A stretch of 64,000 bases of DNA from Mobula hypostoma (Eukaryota), in contig NC_086118.1 in assembly GCF_963921235.1 (NCBI RefSeq), positions 28,398,001-28,462,000 on the forward strand. Direction: 5' to 3'. Within the stretch, counting starts at the first letter, position 1. Each line of letters opens with the position of its first letter. Both the position numbers and the translations under genes were made by a program. The notes under the pieces are model-generated. The model was not told the DNA's origin and searched no databases. It saw nothing but the letters and a program-made list of their open reading frames with translations. This document shows positions 25,075 through 39,600 of this stretch, piece after piece.

Positions 25075-25920
25075 TGTGTTTCCACTATCTGGACATGGCT
25101 GATAAGGCCAACAGTTATTGCCTGTCTCTAAATGCCCGTGAAATTGTGATGAACAATTTGAGCCACTGACGTGATCTCACACTGCTGTTGGGAAAATTAG
25201 ACCTATCAATGTTGAACTAAGGGCTAAACATTATGTTTCGACATTTTTGATGTTGAGCAACATAGATGAAACTTTCCAAATAGCCTGATGCACTTCTCCT
25301 TGCTGGGGTCACTCATGGGTTTAGGAGGTGCTTTCAGAGGCACCTGGGCAAGTAACAGAAGTGCATATTGTAGATGGTATAGCCAGCCACTGTAAACCAG
25401 TAGCAGAGGAATGCATGTTCAGAGCTGTTGATGGAATGCCAAAGAAGTGGGCTGCCTTGCCTTGCATTATATTGAAATTCTTGAGTGTTGTTGAAGCCGA
25501 AATGGTGAATACATAGATACAGAACAGTAGTTTTTCATGTTCCTGACTTGTGCTTTGTAGCCTGTGGAAAATTCTCAATTGTTTTGTCAAGAGGAGATTT
25601 TCTTGTTCCAGGAAACTTGGCCTCTAACCTGTTCGAATAGCCATAGTATTTATATGGATGGTCCAGTTGAGTTTCCAGTTAATAGTGACTCTATTATTGA
25701 TAGTAGGGACATCTATGAGGTTAATGCCATTGAATGTCAAATATTGGTGATTAAACACTCTTATTAAATATAGTTGTTGCTTGCCATTACTGGGCCACAA
25801 ATGTTACTGCTGGCCCATGTATATATTTTGTCTGGCTCTTCCTGATGAGTTGCAAATGGAATTGAACATTGGGCAAATATCCCTGCTTCTGGCCTTATGG
25901 AAAGGTAGTCACTTGTGTTA
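25075..25920 (-). mobile_element. Old CR1/L2-group LINE 3' fragment
   Basis: ASTTLKNFNIMQGKAAHFFGIPST.LNMHS resembles a LINE RT C-terminal region; the 3' UTR resembles the tail of the 17800-18190 SINE. Confidence 0.5.
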
Positions 25921-26109
25921 TTCCTGTGCCATAAAACAAGATATGAAGTGCATCTGACTTTGTTGTGTTAATGCACCCCAGATCTGTTCACTTGTGAAAT
26001 ATTTTCAGTGTCATAATATAAATGTAGCAGGAACCTTGGTCCGGGTACCACTAAACTTTGTTGATAAGTACCTTGAATAACCAGCTGAAAATTTGAATTA
26101 GGTTTTGTC

Positions 26110-26395
26110 TATGAAATGGGTTAAGGGTGAAAGGTGAAAAGTTTAAGAGGAGCATGAGGGGAAACTTCTTCATTCAGAGGGTCCTGAGAGTGCAGAGTGA
26201 GCTACCAGCACAAATGGTGCATGTGAGCTCAATTTCAACGTTTAAGTGAAGTTTAGATAGCTACATAGATGGTAGAGGTATGGAGGGTTATGGTCCCAAT
26301 ACAGATCGGTGGGAGTGGGCAGCTTAAATCATTTGGCATGGACTAGATAGGCTAAAGGATCTGTTTCTGTGCTGTAGTTTTCTATGACTCTGTGA
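26110..26395 (+). mobile_element. CR1 LINE 3' end
   Basis: RGNFFIQRV coding remnant, GATAG.TACAT.GATGG, and tail TTTCTATGACTCT. Confidence 0.75.
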
Positions 26396-27714
26396 ACTAT
26401 TTGATCTATGGAATAACCATCAGTGTAATGCTTCATCTGAATCAAATTTATCATCCTCCTTCTGTGACCCAATCATGGAGTGGTTTGGCTTTCTGTTTCA
26501 GGATTGAAAGTGGGAACTGAACCAAAATAGTTTCTCAAAAAGAATGATGAACTACAGTTTTAAAATTAGCCTGCAAGGTTGCAATCGTAAATTAATTGGG
26601 TTTTTGGTCATTATTGAACAGACTTCTCAATACTAATTATAATTTCTATCATTACCATTATAATTCATCTTTTATCAGTTCTATTACTTTTATTTTAGTT
26701 CTTCATTTTGGTCACTTTCTCCTTCAAGTATTCACTAATAATTTTGCTGAGAAGGTTTCCATCAGTTTTATTTCTATGCAAAATTGGAAATAATTGTACA
26801 GCTGTTTTAGAGTTGTCTCCCATCAGGTTAGAGGAGAAGTTTTAAAGTTCAAATGAGATAAAACTGCTTAAAAGAACGAGGAAGGGTTAGGTGTTCTGCA
26901 ACCATTGACTTGTTTCCTGAAAATATTGCTGTCTATGGACCAGATCCAGGTGAAAGGGGACACATTGCTCAAAGGATGATGGGGCTGTGACACATGACAG
27001 TTCAATACCATTTACATCCAGGTGTTTTCCCAGATCAGCGTCCCTGTTGTTGTACTTCATTCCAACCTACTTGTCTCCAGAGTTTCTACAATCACCATGA
27101 CTAACTTGAAATGTCTCTTGGCGGCTGCTTAAACAGTGAAAAGTCCCTTCATTTGGAAGTGTGAGATCAACAACAGAGGCTGAGATTGAAAGATGTGTGG
27201 AACATGGTCTGATCAGTGTCTTTTGTAATTGAACCTCTAAAGATACAGGTATATCAAACAATGAGTTTGCTGGTCTTTTTGTAGCAGGGTTTGAGCAGAA
27301 GACTATCAATGTAATATTATGATTCTATAACGTGAACTAGACGCTGAAATATTGAGTAGGTACATGGTGAATCATTCTATGAGAAGACATGAGGCAGATA
27401 CTACTGTAGATTTTGAAGACTGAAAGTTAACATCAAAATACACCATTCTCAAGGTACTTGTCAGGGTAGATGCCAGGGATGTTGCTCTTGTAAATGTGGC
27501 TTATGGAAGTGTCTTGTGTGTTATGGTAACAAATTAATGAATTGTTATTAAGGGCTGTAAGTTTGTTTGCTCCAGGTCCACAATGCACGCAAATCAAAAT
27601 ATAATTTGGTAATATCCTCTCCTCCAGTAATAACAATAGCCTCCACTTGAACCCATCTGACCTCTTAATTGTCTGTTCCCTCCAAACATAACATTACTGT
27701 ACAATCTCCTGAAA

Positions 27715-28845
27715 ACCCTCACGTGCGAAGTGGCAATTTCAGACCAAGCTTGGGTCACTGAAGGATTCTCGACAGCTGTGGTGGGGCTTGAATGCTATTA
27801 CCTCTTACAAAGTGAAACCAAGCAACGTAGGTGATAACAAAGCTTCACTCCCACATAAGCTCAACGCTTTTTGTGTGCGCTGTGATAGCCAACACGCGGA
27901 GGCACCTTCATAACCCTGCGACGTGAGAGCATTCTTCAGGAGGATGAACCCTCGAAAAGCATCCAGCCTTGATGGGGTATCTGGCGGAGTACTAAAGACC
28001 TGTGCTGATCATCTGGCTGGAGTGTTCGCTGAGATCATTAACTTCTCACTTTAGCAATCTGAGGTACCCACCTGCTTCAAGCAGGCTTCAGTTGTACCGG
28101 CTTCAATGACTATAGTCCAGTTACACTTCCATCCACTGTGAAATACCTTAAAAGGTTGTTGATGAAACATCTCAACTCCAACTTGAGAAGCATACTGGAT
28201 CTGTTCCAATTTGCCGACTGGAGCAACTGGCGAATCTCAAATGCCATCCATCGCCTCTTCATCAAACCTAGAACATTGGAACATCCCAACCATAGAGCAC
28301 ATCAGCATGAAATCAGCATCCATAATCAAAGATCCTCACCACCCAGGCCATGTTCTTTCCTCACTGCCGCCGTCAGGTAGAAGGTACAAGTGCCTCAAGG
28401 CTCAAACAACTGGGTTCAAAAACAGTTACTACCTACCAACCATCAGGCTCTTGAACAAAAGGGGATAAACTCACTTATTCTATTTCTGGTGTTCCCCCAA
28501 CCGATGGTCTCACTTTAAGGACTCATTATTTGTTATCTTGTTATTTCATACTTTTTATTTATTGCTACTTATTTATATTTGTATTTGCAGTTTGTTGTCC
28601 ATTGTTTCCAGTTACTGTTCTATAGATTTGCTAAGTACGCCCATAGAAAAAGAATCTCAGGATTGAAGGGGTAACATGTATGTACTCTGATAATTCTTAC
28701 TCTGAACTTGGTGTAGTTTTTCATTGATTCTGTTAACTCTTCTTTGTTCACATTTGAACGAAGAAATATATCTCAGGGTAGTACATGGTAAGAAGTATGT
28801 ACATTGACAATAAATTTACTTTGGACTGAGCATTGAATTTGAAAT
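27715..28845 (+). mobile_element. Internally deleted Rex/Babar-type LINE with duplicated 3' tail
   Basis: [49 protein letters not shown]...LPPSGRRY...FKNSYY. Confidence 0.8.
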
Positions 28846-29499
28846 ACAAGATAATGCTGCAGATACTGGGCAGAACATGTAGCATCTGTGGAAATGGAAA
28901 ATGTGAATCAAAAAGCATCTAGTTCATCAACCTCAAAATATTAACTCTTTCACTCTCCACAGACGCTGCCTGACTTGTAGCATTTCTCTCATTTTGTGCT
29001 GTTATTTCAGATTTCCCACATCTTCAGCTTCTTTCCTTTCTAAACATTTGTTTTATTTCCTTTTATGACTGTGTTTCGTAAACTAATACAAAAGGTTTTG
29101 GCATTCAACTCTGCTTTCAACATCTAGTAAATCTATAGTGTTCCAAGGTTCTCACACAACGTTTTGCAAGATAAACAGTTTGTTTAAGCAGCTATCATGT
29201 TGCTTTATATGTCAAAACACATGACCAAAAATACTTGCATATAGCTTTAGTTCCCTTATTTAAGTAGGGAACAACTTCAGAGTTCAGTGGGTTGATTCCC
29301 TGGAATGAGCTGGCTCATGAGGAAAGACTGGGTGGGTTGGGCTTACACGCAGCTTAGAAGAATGAAAGGGCTATTTATTGAAATGTATGATCCTTTGAGG
29401 TGAACCTGGAGCAGAGTGGAGTTCAGAGTTTCAAAGTAAAGCCTCAGCCATTAAATGTAAGTTAGAGGTCGTTGCCCTTTCTTAGTGCTGCAAGTTAAT

Positions 29500-31590
29500 C
29501 CACAAACCTCCCTGTGGCCCTCCATTGGTCGAGGTCGACCATAGATGTTGTGTCCTACCTATCGTTGCGGCGCCGTCTGTGGCTGACGAGACGAATGTGA
29601 GAGTGGTGGCCTCTGTTGCAAAGGTGGTATCAGCTCTGCTTTCTCTGAGCCCATTTGTCTTCTGCTGCGGTCAGGAGCTTTCCCCCACCTGATTTATAGT
29701 GTTGTTTCAAGTGTTCATCTCCATCTGGTATGGTCAGCTGTAAGTTCCTCCCAGGACTCAGTTGTTGACGTCTAGTGCCTTCTTGTCCCACTTGCAGACA
29801 TCCTTGTAGCACAGTTGTGGGCGGTCAGCGGTTCTCTAGACGGAAGCCTGCTCTCTGTCGAGCAGAAGTTCCCAACCTGGGATCCACAAACCCCTTGGTT
29901 AATGGTAAGAGTCCATTAAAAGGTTAATTAATACATATAAAAAGTTGTCAACCCCTGCCATAGAGGATATCTTTTGGGATGAGGCCATTCTGCATGTGGC
30001 AGACATAGACTAGATAGTGCAGCCTACATAGGCTGAGCAGGGTCTACATTTAGGGAGGCCAGCACAAGAGGGAACCTCAATCTCTCCAGGAGATGCCCAA
30101 GATGAAATGAAGCTTCCTTAAACAGAAAGGGTTGAAACTTCTCTCTTGCTTAGTATATGTTACCCAGGTCTCGCTGCTGTACAGTGGTGGGCTGGTGACA
30201 CAGGCATTGTACACTGCCATCTTTGTTTTGACTAAGAGTTTGGAGTTCTCCCAGAATCGTATGGTGAGGCACGCAAGAGCTGTCACAGCCTTCCCAATGC
30301 GCTTGTCAATTTCTGCATCCAAGGAGAGGTTGTTGTTGATGAAGGACCCAGGTAAGTGAATTGATGAACAACATCCAGTTTTCTGTTATCAGTGGTGATG
30401 ACTGGTGGGGCCTCCATGTCTTGTCCCAAGACAACCATCTTTTTCAGGCTGATAATCTGACCAAATTCCTTGCAAGTCTGAGAGAAGCGATCTGTCAAGC
30501 TCGGGAGGTGATGCGGAGTGTGGGTTGCCAGCAAACAGCACATCTCTGATCATAGCCTTGATCAGTTGGTTTTGACTCTTAGGTAGGCAAGGTTAAAAAG
30601 CCTGCCACCTGATCTAGTGTGGAGGTAGATCCCCTCAGCGGCAGTGCCAAACGCGTGCTTCAGAAGAAGCGCAAAGAAAAATCCCGAAGAGTGTTGGGGT
30701 GAGGACACAGCCTTGCTTAGTGTCAAAGGGCTCCAAAGAGCTGCCACCTACTGCACAGTCTCCTTTATGCTGTTGTGGATGGACCTGATCACGCTCAGTC
30801 TTGGCTTGCAGTCTTCCTGAGAGAGGATCTGGAAAAAGCCCAGCTCTGCTGACCAGGTCAAATGCCTTTGTGAGATCAATAAACACAATGGAGAGAGGCT
30901 TCTTTTCTTCTCTGCACTCCTCCTGCAGTTGGCAAAGAAATGTCCACAGTTGACCTTCCAGCACAAAGCCACTCTGTGACTCTGGGTAGACATATTCAAC
31001 CAACTGCTGTAGGTGGACCAAGAAGACTCACACAAAGACTTTGCTCACAACATTCAAGAGGGAGAAGCCTCTGTAGCTGGTACAGTCACTTCTCTCACCA
31101 TTGTTTGTGTAGAGAGTAAAGATCTTGACATCTGTCATAACCTGTGGTACAGCTCCTCCCCGCCAGCTCTGATGCAGGACTTCATGCAGCGGGTGCAGTG
31201 GGGTAGTCATGCAGTGCTTGATCAGGCCTGGGGAAATCCCATCATTGCCTGCTGCTTACCCTGAGGCCAAGCGGCCAGTGGCTTGCTGAGCTCCTCTAGG
31301 GTTGGCTCTGCATCCAGTTCATCCATTGTTGTCAGTTACTCAATGGCATTCAGGGCTGGGGAGGTGACAGTGGTCACTCTGGAGTAGAGGTCACAGGAAT
31401 GTCCTATCCATCTTTTTGCCCCTGTCTGTGATTACATCCACACTGAGGGGTGCCATCGTGCTCTGAGAGGGGCCGAGGGCTTTCTCGATGCCATCATGCA
31501 GACCCCTGATATTGCCTGTAGGTGCTGCAGTCCAGGTATCTTTACTAAGCTACATCCAGTACTCGTTGGCACAGCAGCTGGCAGCTGAAC
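29500..31590 (-). mobile_element. RTE-clade (BovB-like) LINE, 5' truncated, degraded; contains a ~95-bp hAT-type MITE at ~29863-29957
   Basis: VYPESQSGF, QLQEECRE..PLSIVFIDLTKAFDLVSR, KQGCVLTPTLF, FTYLG, DAEIDKRIGKA, KTKMAVYNACV, LYSSETW. MITE ends CAGAAGTTCCCAACC / AGTTGTCAACCCCTG. Confidence 0.88.
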
Positions 31591-31794
31591 TTACGGACTT
31601 ATTACATAACCGTATAGAAGCTGAATCAGTGAAGATTTTCAGGGCGGGGAAAATCACGTTTAGTGAAGTCAACAGCAGAACAGAGAAGGAAAACAAAGTT
31701 GAGGCCAAGATCTGAAATGTCATTACCTATGCGAATGGGAGAGCAGGATCAAGGGTCAAATAGCCTAACCAGTCTGCTATCTTTTATAAACTCA

Positions 31795-31935
31795 AGAGAT
31801 TTTGTAGATGCTGGAAATCCGGAGCAAAAATCTAAGTACTGATTAAGGGTCCCAGTCCAAAATGTCAACTCTTTATTCCTTCCTGTGGATGCTGCTTGGC
31901 CTGCAGAGTTCATCCAGCATTTTGTATGTACTGCT
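31795..31935. repeat. Penelope-like terminal repeat remnants (inverted arrangement)
   Basis: GATGCTGGAAATCC (reverse orientation) followed by CTGATTAAGGGTCCCAGTCCAAAATGTCAAC...GATGCTGC..GAGTTCATCCAGCATTTTG. Confidence 0.6.
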
Positions 31936-34714
31936 CCTATCTTTTATACTCTTGAGTTGCTGTTTTATTTAAAAACAGCAGATGCTAGAGAATCACAGCA
32001 GGTCAGGCAGAATCTTTGCTTGGAGGAAGACAGTTAACATTTCAAATTGATTAGCTTCCATATTCCAGGTCATTGACCTTCAGGTTTTCATTTGCTCTTT
32101 AAGGTGTTGGGCCTCACTTTAGTTTTACCACTAAACCAGTAGTTTAGTATAGGAGTGTAACATTAGATGATTTAGGATAAAAAAGAATCTGGAGCCAAAG
32201 CAGGTGAATGCAGAGATCGGCTATGATTTTTGAATGCTGAGACATGCTCAAAGCACAGATTGACCTACTGTTAGCTCTGTATTTTTTTCTGGCCGTCTCT
32301 TTTCCCCATTAACACTCGAACCAAGATAGTCAACAAGGAGTGTGTTCCTGGGCCTCTACTCGTATTGTTCTATAGTTGACCTTCAGGAAAGGAATGATTA
32401 GCTGGGTTTAACTCGTTCTCGGTTTATTCCCCGTTTCCCTAAGGGGAAGTGCAGCCTGCACTGCCTTTCTTGTATTTGGACAGCAGATGTTTCACATGAG
32501 GAGTGTTTAAATTCTAACTTATCTGTGCTTCAAAATAACAGATGACCAGTCACTACAACGTTTAAGAACTCCTTTTCTATGAATTTCAGAATAATTATTG
32601 GCAGACTCCCTCTCATTTATTTTACTGGAGGGGAAGGAGGAAATAACACGTAACATTTTTTTTCTTATGACCACAATTCATTCTGACTCCCCTGGGAAAG
32701 GATTTGTTCCAACAAAGCAGAAATTCAGAAATAGTTTTGTACTTCAGGAAACTGCTGTACTGGGTGTGCATAACCACACCTTTTGGCATGGAGTCTCTGC
32801 TAAATTTGTCCATACCAATGTACACGGGGAAGCTTAATCAGTTGACTGCTTCAAAGGGTAATCATGATCCCAATACCTGAGGCCTCATTTCACATTTACC
32901 TAAGAAAAAGACAAGTTGTAGCCTACTTTCATCTATTATTCCTCCATTGAAATATGCCACCATTGGTTTAGATTGGCAGTGAGTTGGGGACATATCAAAT
33001 TAAAGCCACTGGCTGTTTTAGAATTGATGTTGATATTCTGGGCGTCTGTGCATAAAATGGATTGATAATATTTCTGATTATTTTTACTTTAAAGCTTAGT
33101 ATTGGGTTTCTCTGTTACCCCAAATTGGCAGCACATGCCTTCCATGATAGGAGGTGCAAAATGTGGAACTGATTTAGGGTGTAGAAAGGTGTGCCTGTGA
33201 ATTGAGTATGAGGAAAGTGTGAGCAATTCTTCAAAAGAGAAAAGATTGCATTGCTATGGGGGTGGGGGGGAGAAACAGGAGCTTGGAGCTACTTGGACAG
33301 CTGAAACACAGAGCCAGTGGATGGATGAGAGCCTCCTTCACTATATATCATGTGATGTCAGCAATAAATGTCACCTTTGTTACATTAAGGAAACCAGGTC
33401 AAGGATTTGGAGCATTCTCTGGTCAGCTTCCAAAGAACAGTGACTGAGCTAATTCTACATCGTGCCCTCAGATCCAGAGACAAATGGTCTCTGAAATTCC
33501 ATCCAGAGTTACAGTTTCTACTCTTCCCTGCCCACCCCCAACACCCTAAAACTTTTGTGCAGGAGTCGTATGCCTTGTCAGCTTTGTGCAGAGGCATGAT
33601 AATTAAAAACGGGTTGGAGAACTGCAAATGAATGACCAAATTTACGATCGTAGCATGAAGTCCATGCAGCAGCAACTTCTGAGTTGACTTTTTTTGCTAC
33701 CATTTCCTATTTTCTCATCTAGGCATCAAACTTGGAAGGTAGTCCACCACCAGATGCTGTAGGAATTTTTTGAATATGGCTATTTGCTTTCTCGGCTCTG
33801 AAGTCGAAGTTGCTTTGTTTCAGGAGTTTTGAATCAGTGGTTGTATTGATGTGGGCCATGTTTGCAATTCTAAATTGATTCTGATGAGAAGGGTTGTATT
33901 TTTTTAATCATATTCAGCTGCAGTCAACTTAATGACTTCCCTTTTAATGGCTCCTGGGAACACTATGTTCCCTATCATGCCTCACCATTCCCAGAACTCC
34001 AGTCATCCAAGTCTGTGTGCATGAATTTTTTTATTTATCTAAAGAGTGTTACACAATTGGAATAGGTTATTTGAGTACTTGTGTGGTCAAAGACACTACT
34101 TGAGAAGTGTAGTTGATTGGACAGAGCAAGCCTTTGGCCAGTTGCTGATAATTGTTCCCTGGGTTTGATTTCATATCAAATAATGTCGCCGATGTGACTG
34201 CGATACAAGAAATAGGGGTATAGTCCTTTGAAAACTAGAAAGTTTTGGCACTTAACTAACCAATAATCCATGTGTGCTGTACACTTCTGCTGAGTTCTTG
34301 GTCTATTTTCCCAGAGTATGTCGGTGAGAATTCAGTGTGACTTAAGATGTGGACTATATACTAGTTTCGTGCTGCTGTTCCATTCACTCACGTCTGCTCA
34401 GAAACTGATCAGAGTTCTAAGGTGAAATCTTAATACTAGCTACACAGGCTGCCTTGGAAATAAGGGGAAGTGGACCTATAGGAAGAAGCTGGACAGTGTA
34501 GTTGATTGGGGGGCGGGGGGGAGAATACTATTTACTTTGATATACCCAAGCAGGATCCCTGAGGTGACGATTAGAGCCACAGATCCCAGCACCTTCATCA
34601 AGTCTCCCTTGTCCTTGCCTTCTAAACCCATTATCTCTATTAGCTACAAGGAGAGGGGTAACATAACCACCTTGACCACTCTCTCCTTGATAGCATACTG
34701 GGCGTATTCACAAC

Positions 34715-34955
34715 ATTTATTTTTATTAAGAGATGCAGTGCAGAATGGGCCCTTCCAGCAACCTGCCTATTTAAACCCTAGCGTGATCACAGGACGATTT
34801 ACAATGACCTAGTGACCTACTAACCCATAGGTCTCTGGATTGTGTGAGGAAACCAGAGCACCCGGAAAAATCCCACAAGCTCACGAGTAGGACATACAAA
34901 CTTCTCACAAGGTACGCCGGAACTGAACTCTGAACTCTTGAGCAAACTGCTACCC
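34715..34955 (-). mobile_element. V-SINE/HE1-like SINE
   Basis: Reverse complement of the 36375-36668 family (GGAACTGAACTCTGAACTC, GAGGAAACCAGAGCACCCGG, ACGATTTACAATGACC). Confidence 0.7.
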
Positions 34956-35127
34956 TACAGAGTGATAGTCAAGAAGGCAGATAACCACCTCCTTCTCTAG
35001 GACAAGTAATTTCTGGCTCAACCTGCAAAGCCCACACCCCTAGAATGAATATATGAAGAAGTGCTATCTGCCTTTAATTCATCTGCAATTCCTGATTTCT
35101 TTGCGACTTGATTCTTTTTAAAAGATA

Positions 35128-35765
35128 AACATAGAACATAGAATAGTACAGCACATTACAAGCCCTTCGGCCCACAATGTGCCGACCCTCAAACCCAGCC
35201 TCCCATATAACCCCCCAACTTAAATTCCTCCATATACCTGTCTAGCAGTCTCTTAAACTTCACTAGTGTATCTGCCTCCACCACTGACTCAGGCAGTGCA
35301 TTCCACGCACCAACCACTCTCTGAGTAAAAAGCCTTCTTTTAATATCCCCCTTGAACTTCCCACTCCTTACTTTAAGCCATGTCCTCTTGTATTGAGCAG
35401 TGGTGTCCTGGGAAAGAGGCGCTAGCTATCCACTCTATCTATTCCTCTTAATATCTTGTATACCTCTATCATGTCTCCTCTCATCCTCCTTCTCTCCAAA
35501 GAATAAAGCCCTAGCTCCCTTAATCTCTGATCATAATCCATACCCTCTAAACCAGGCAGCATCCTGGTAAATCTCCTCTGTACCCTTTCCAATGCTTCCA
35601 CATCCTTCCTGTAGTGAGGAGACCAGAACTGGACACAGTACTCCAAGTGTGGCCTAACCAGAGTTTTATAGAGCTGCATCATTACATCGCGACTCTTAAA
35701 CTCTATCCCTCGACTTATGAAAGCTAACACCCCATAAGCTTTCTTAACTACCCTATCCACCTGTG
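35128..35765 (-). mobile_element. CR1 LINE 3' end, little degraded
   Basis: ORF 35422-35760: KKAYGVLAFISRGIEFKS...RPHLEYCVQFWSPHYRKD...RMRGDMIEVYKI; TTCTATG-type tail. Confidence 0.92.
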
Positions 35766-36374
35766 ATATGAATGTAATAAGAGATTCATGTATTAAAGAT
35801 CATAATTTTTTTTTGTATTCTATTGATGTGTGAGAATTACGTGTTGTGCACTTTGATTATGTCATCACTTGAGAAGTGTGGCAGGAAAAAGTGTTGGGGT
35901 GATTTATGACAATAATTGACTTCCTGGTGGATGAGGCTTGAACAGGAAATGTGTGCAGGCAGGTCAAGTAGTGCAAAATAATCCCCTTGTGTAACTTACA
36001 CATTTGGAAAAATTTCTGTGCATCAGGTTTATTCTAATGTGTGATAATCCTGGACCAAATGTAGTCACTCCTGTACAGTGAAGCTTCACTGGCCCTGTCA
36101 TATGATAGGGTTGGGTATCAAGTGCGATGATGGAGTCTTGATATCACAAGTGTGGAGTCTTTTAAAATCTGCAGCCATTTTGAGTTTCAAGGCTTTTTTA
36201 AAATCTATTTGGTTTATAAAGAGTCTTGGATAACATTTCGATCGTAGTCTTGCTATGAATTTAGTCAGGATTAACTCCCAGAAACCCCCACAAGCTCTTT
36301 TGAGGCAAATTAACTGGGTTCCTACAATTTTTTTACCACATAGATAATAGGCGCCCTCTATTTGTGTGAAGATT

Positions 36375-36668
36375 GGGCTGCACAGTAGTGTAGCAGTTAG
36401 CGCAATGCTATCACAGTTCGGGGCATTCCAGAGTTCAGAGTTCAATTCCGACACTATTCTATAGGGAGTCTCTGTATCCTCCCCGTGGAATGCATGGGTT
36501 TTTCCGGTTTCCTCCCACAATTTCAAAGAAGTACCAGGTAGGCTAATTGGCCATTGTAAATTGTCCCGTGATTAGGTTCAGGTTAATTGGGGTTGTGGAG
36601 TTTCTGGGGCGGAGTAGCTCGAAGGGCTGGAAGGGCCTTCTCCACACAGTGGTAAATAAATAAACAAA
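36375..36668 (+). mobile_element. V-SINE/HE1-like SINE, well preserved
   Basis: A box TAGTGTAGCAGTTAG, B box GAGTTCAATTCC, V-like body (GGGTTTTTCCGG, TTCCTCCCACA), (TAAA)n tail. Confidence 0.8.
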
Positions 36669-39600
36669 CAGAGATGGGGTACATTTGTTTGCTCAGCATA
36701 GAGGAGCATGTGGGAGATTGCTGTGTAAGATCGTCTCTAGTTGGGTGGGGAGTATCATTGTTTAAGAGGATAGGACACCCTCAGGATGGAGGGAGATTAT
36801 TTCTGCAGATAGTTGTTTGATTGGCAGTCTTGTAACACAATTTTTATATGGGTCTGAAAGAGGAATGGAAGTTGTGTCTTTGGCTATTTCTTCCATGGAA
36901 CATGTCAGTGTTTTTGAATATTTGGATCTGGAAAGTAGACAAAGGTTTCATGCTTTCTAACCGAGTGCCTGAGAGCAGGCTATCTTCACAAGAGTGCCAG
37001 GTGGGCCCATATCAAGAGCAGGGCTTTTAGAATTCAACCTTTCAGAAGGTACCAATGCAATGAGAATGTAGGTAGTTTCATTTGTAATGCACACTTGATG
37101 TGGTATATTGCAATTATGCTCTTCTTTACAAAACCCAGGGCAAGAAAATGTTAGTCATAAAAGATACGGGGACAATGGTGGCATGAGACAGAAGACAAGA
37201 GTGCAGCTGTGAAATTTGTAACAACCTGCCTCATTTATATGTTGGTAGAAAGCCAGATAGCTCTTGCTTTCTCAGCCCATTTTCCAAGATGTTTATTTTG
37301 GAAGTGAGTAAGTGGACTTGGAATGGTCTCTTTCTGCCATATTCTGCTTTTAGTTCACATTTCAGACACATGGAGGTTTTCTGATATTATATTTCGTTCG
37401 GTAGTGTTAAAATCATTTAGAGTTTACCTGATCTTCAAAGAATAAAATAACTTTTGATGTAAGCTATAAAATATGTGCCTTTGGAAATTATTCAATCAGA
37501 AGCATGCACTTAGTATTTCAATGGAGTTCTTTTTATTGAGTTTCATGCATTAATTTATAAGTTAGTTTCTAGAACTTTGACATATCCACTTGAGGTGTAC
37601 AGATCAGGAAAGTTATTTTCCTGCTTCTGCTGACAGTGGCTTATTATTTTTTTGCTTGCAGGGTGACAAATTACTGCAGCTGCATGACATTACTTAGTCT
37701 GAGATACAGAGCCCACCTTATTTTTAAATGAAGCAAATTATTTTAAGCGTTGGTGAAGATTATGAAAATCTAAAGATTGTATACACTGGAAATTGGAAGT
37801 GAAAACAGAAAATGCTGAAAACACTCAAGTCAGGCAGCAACTGTGGAAAGAGAAACCTAATTAACACTGAATTAGAGAGACGTACAATGTGTAAGCATAT
37901 TGTATGTTGGTCTGTTGTGTCAACACCAATTATAAAACACTCATTTATTCCAATCCTCCATTCAGTGTCCCCACATTTCCACCAGCCCTGCCCTTCACTT
38001 CTCCAGATTCTCCCAATTACATACACAATAGGATCAGCGTGGAGGTCAGGAATTAACCCTGTTTACAGCAGCTGTGAGGAGCTCCATGGGTAGTTCCAAT
38101 TTGGTGCTCCTGCGTGTCAGCTGAAGACCATGTGATTTTACATCTGTATATTGAGTTTTGTTGTCATCGCTGACCTCTTTCCAAAAAACAAGTTGCACCC
38201 AAGGTTAAGGAAAATATGGGGTTCTCTATTCTAATGTTGGATGCTTCCAGATGTGTGCTCAAGAAAATTCATTGCATTCCAGCAGTTGTGAAACAAGCTG
38301 GCCAGGCGGACAATCACATTGAGTCTAAGTTTTACAGCCAGAGGCTGACTTTGAGAACTTTTTAAAGATTTGAAATACCACTTTAAGAAATTTCAGCTCT
38401 CAAAACAAAGTCTAACATTTTCAGTGTATTTTATACTGAATTTGTAAATTCCTGAAATTTTTGTCAATTCAACTAGTTAACTTCAATTGTGGAGGAGATG
38501 GCTGCAGAATAACTGAATCACTAACACCAGTGTTGTTATTTCCATTTTAAACTATGATAGTCTCAGAAGTTGCTGACACTTTCTTGGTATCATAACAATA
38601 GAAGTTGACAGTAATGATGACAAACTACCTCAAAATCAAGGCTTTATTCCCCCTTCTTTTTGATCAGATTCCATGTCATTTAAGAATGTATTCATCCTGT
38701 TTCCAGCCACCTTTATTCCAGGGAAAGTAAACCTCAACTTGTCAGTCCATCTCCATTGCTAAAATTCTCCAGACCTGCCAACATTCTACACCCCGTCAAA
38801 TGCCATTATATTCTTCCCGCAGATGGTAGTGATATTAAGTAGCAGAAAATACTGGACACACTCAGAAGGCCAGGTAACATCTTCAGAAAGAGAAATAGTG
38901 TTAGTGTTTCAGGTTGGAGAACCTTAGTCAGTAGAAATTAGCAGATGGGCTAATTACTTTAATGGCAAGATAATCCAACTGTGTTGGGAATTCTGCTTTA
39001 TATACGTTGATCATAATCTCCTTGCTCCTGCATTCTGTTCAGCCAAGAAAGGTAATATTCCATATGGCACATACTAATTTGTTCTGATAAATGTTCTCTA
39101 ACCTGAATGTTTACTCTGTTTCTCTTTCTGCAGATGTTGCCCGACCTGGACATTTCCAGCAGTTTCTTCTATTTAGTATTTCTAGCATCCAAAATTTTAT
39201 GATGTTCAGTATCCCATAAACCACCTTAACCATTGATAAAGAATCTATTGATATGCGGTCCAAATTTTCTCCAAGTGTTCTTACAATGATTGAATGTGCA
39301 TTGCTTTTCTTGGTGTTTCTTCCACGAATGCATTTGCGTGGGAAGAAAATTAATCAACAAGATTTGATCCAGATGCAAAAGGCAATACCATCCATTGATA
39401 CCTTTCTTCACTTGCAGCTTCTTCCTCATTATCAACTGCATGGCAAGCCTTTCTATCATCTCACTTTAAGTATTGTTGAAATAGAAACAGGAGAGACTGC
39501 GGGCTTTTGCCTGGTGAAGACTTGCATCTCCCTATGAGCAAATCCTTTACCTTCCACGACCTAGCCAGTGTTTGACCCAGTTTGCTATTTTCCCTCAGAT

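Noticed and set aside
37640..37730. Strong splice-acceptor-like site (TTTTTTGCTTGCAG/G at 37661)
   Set aside because: Stops in all three frames shortly after and no clear donor; an exon cannot be supported without RNA data.
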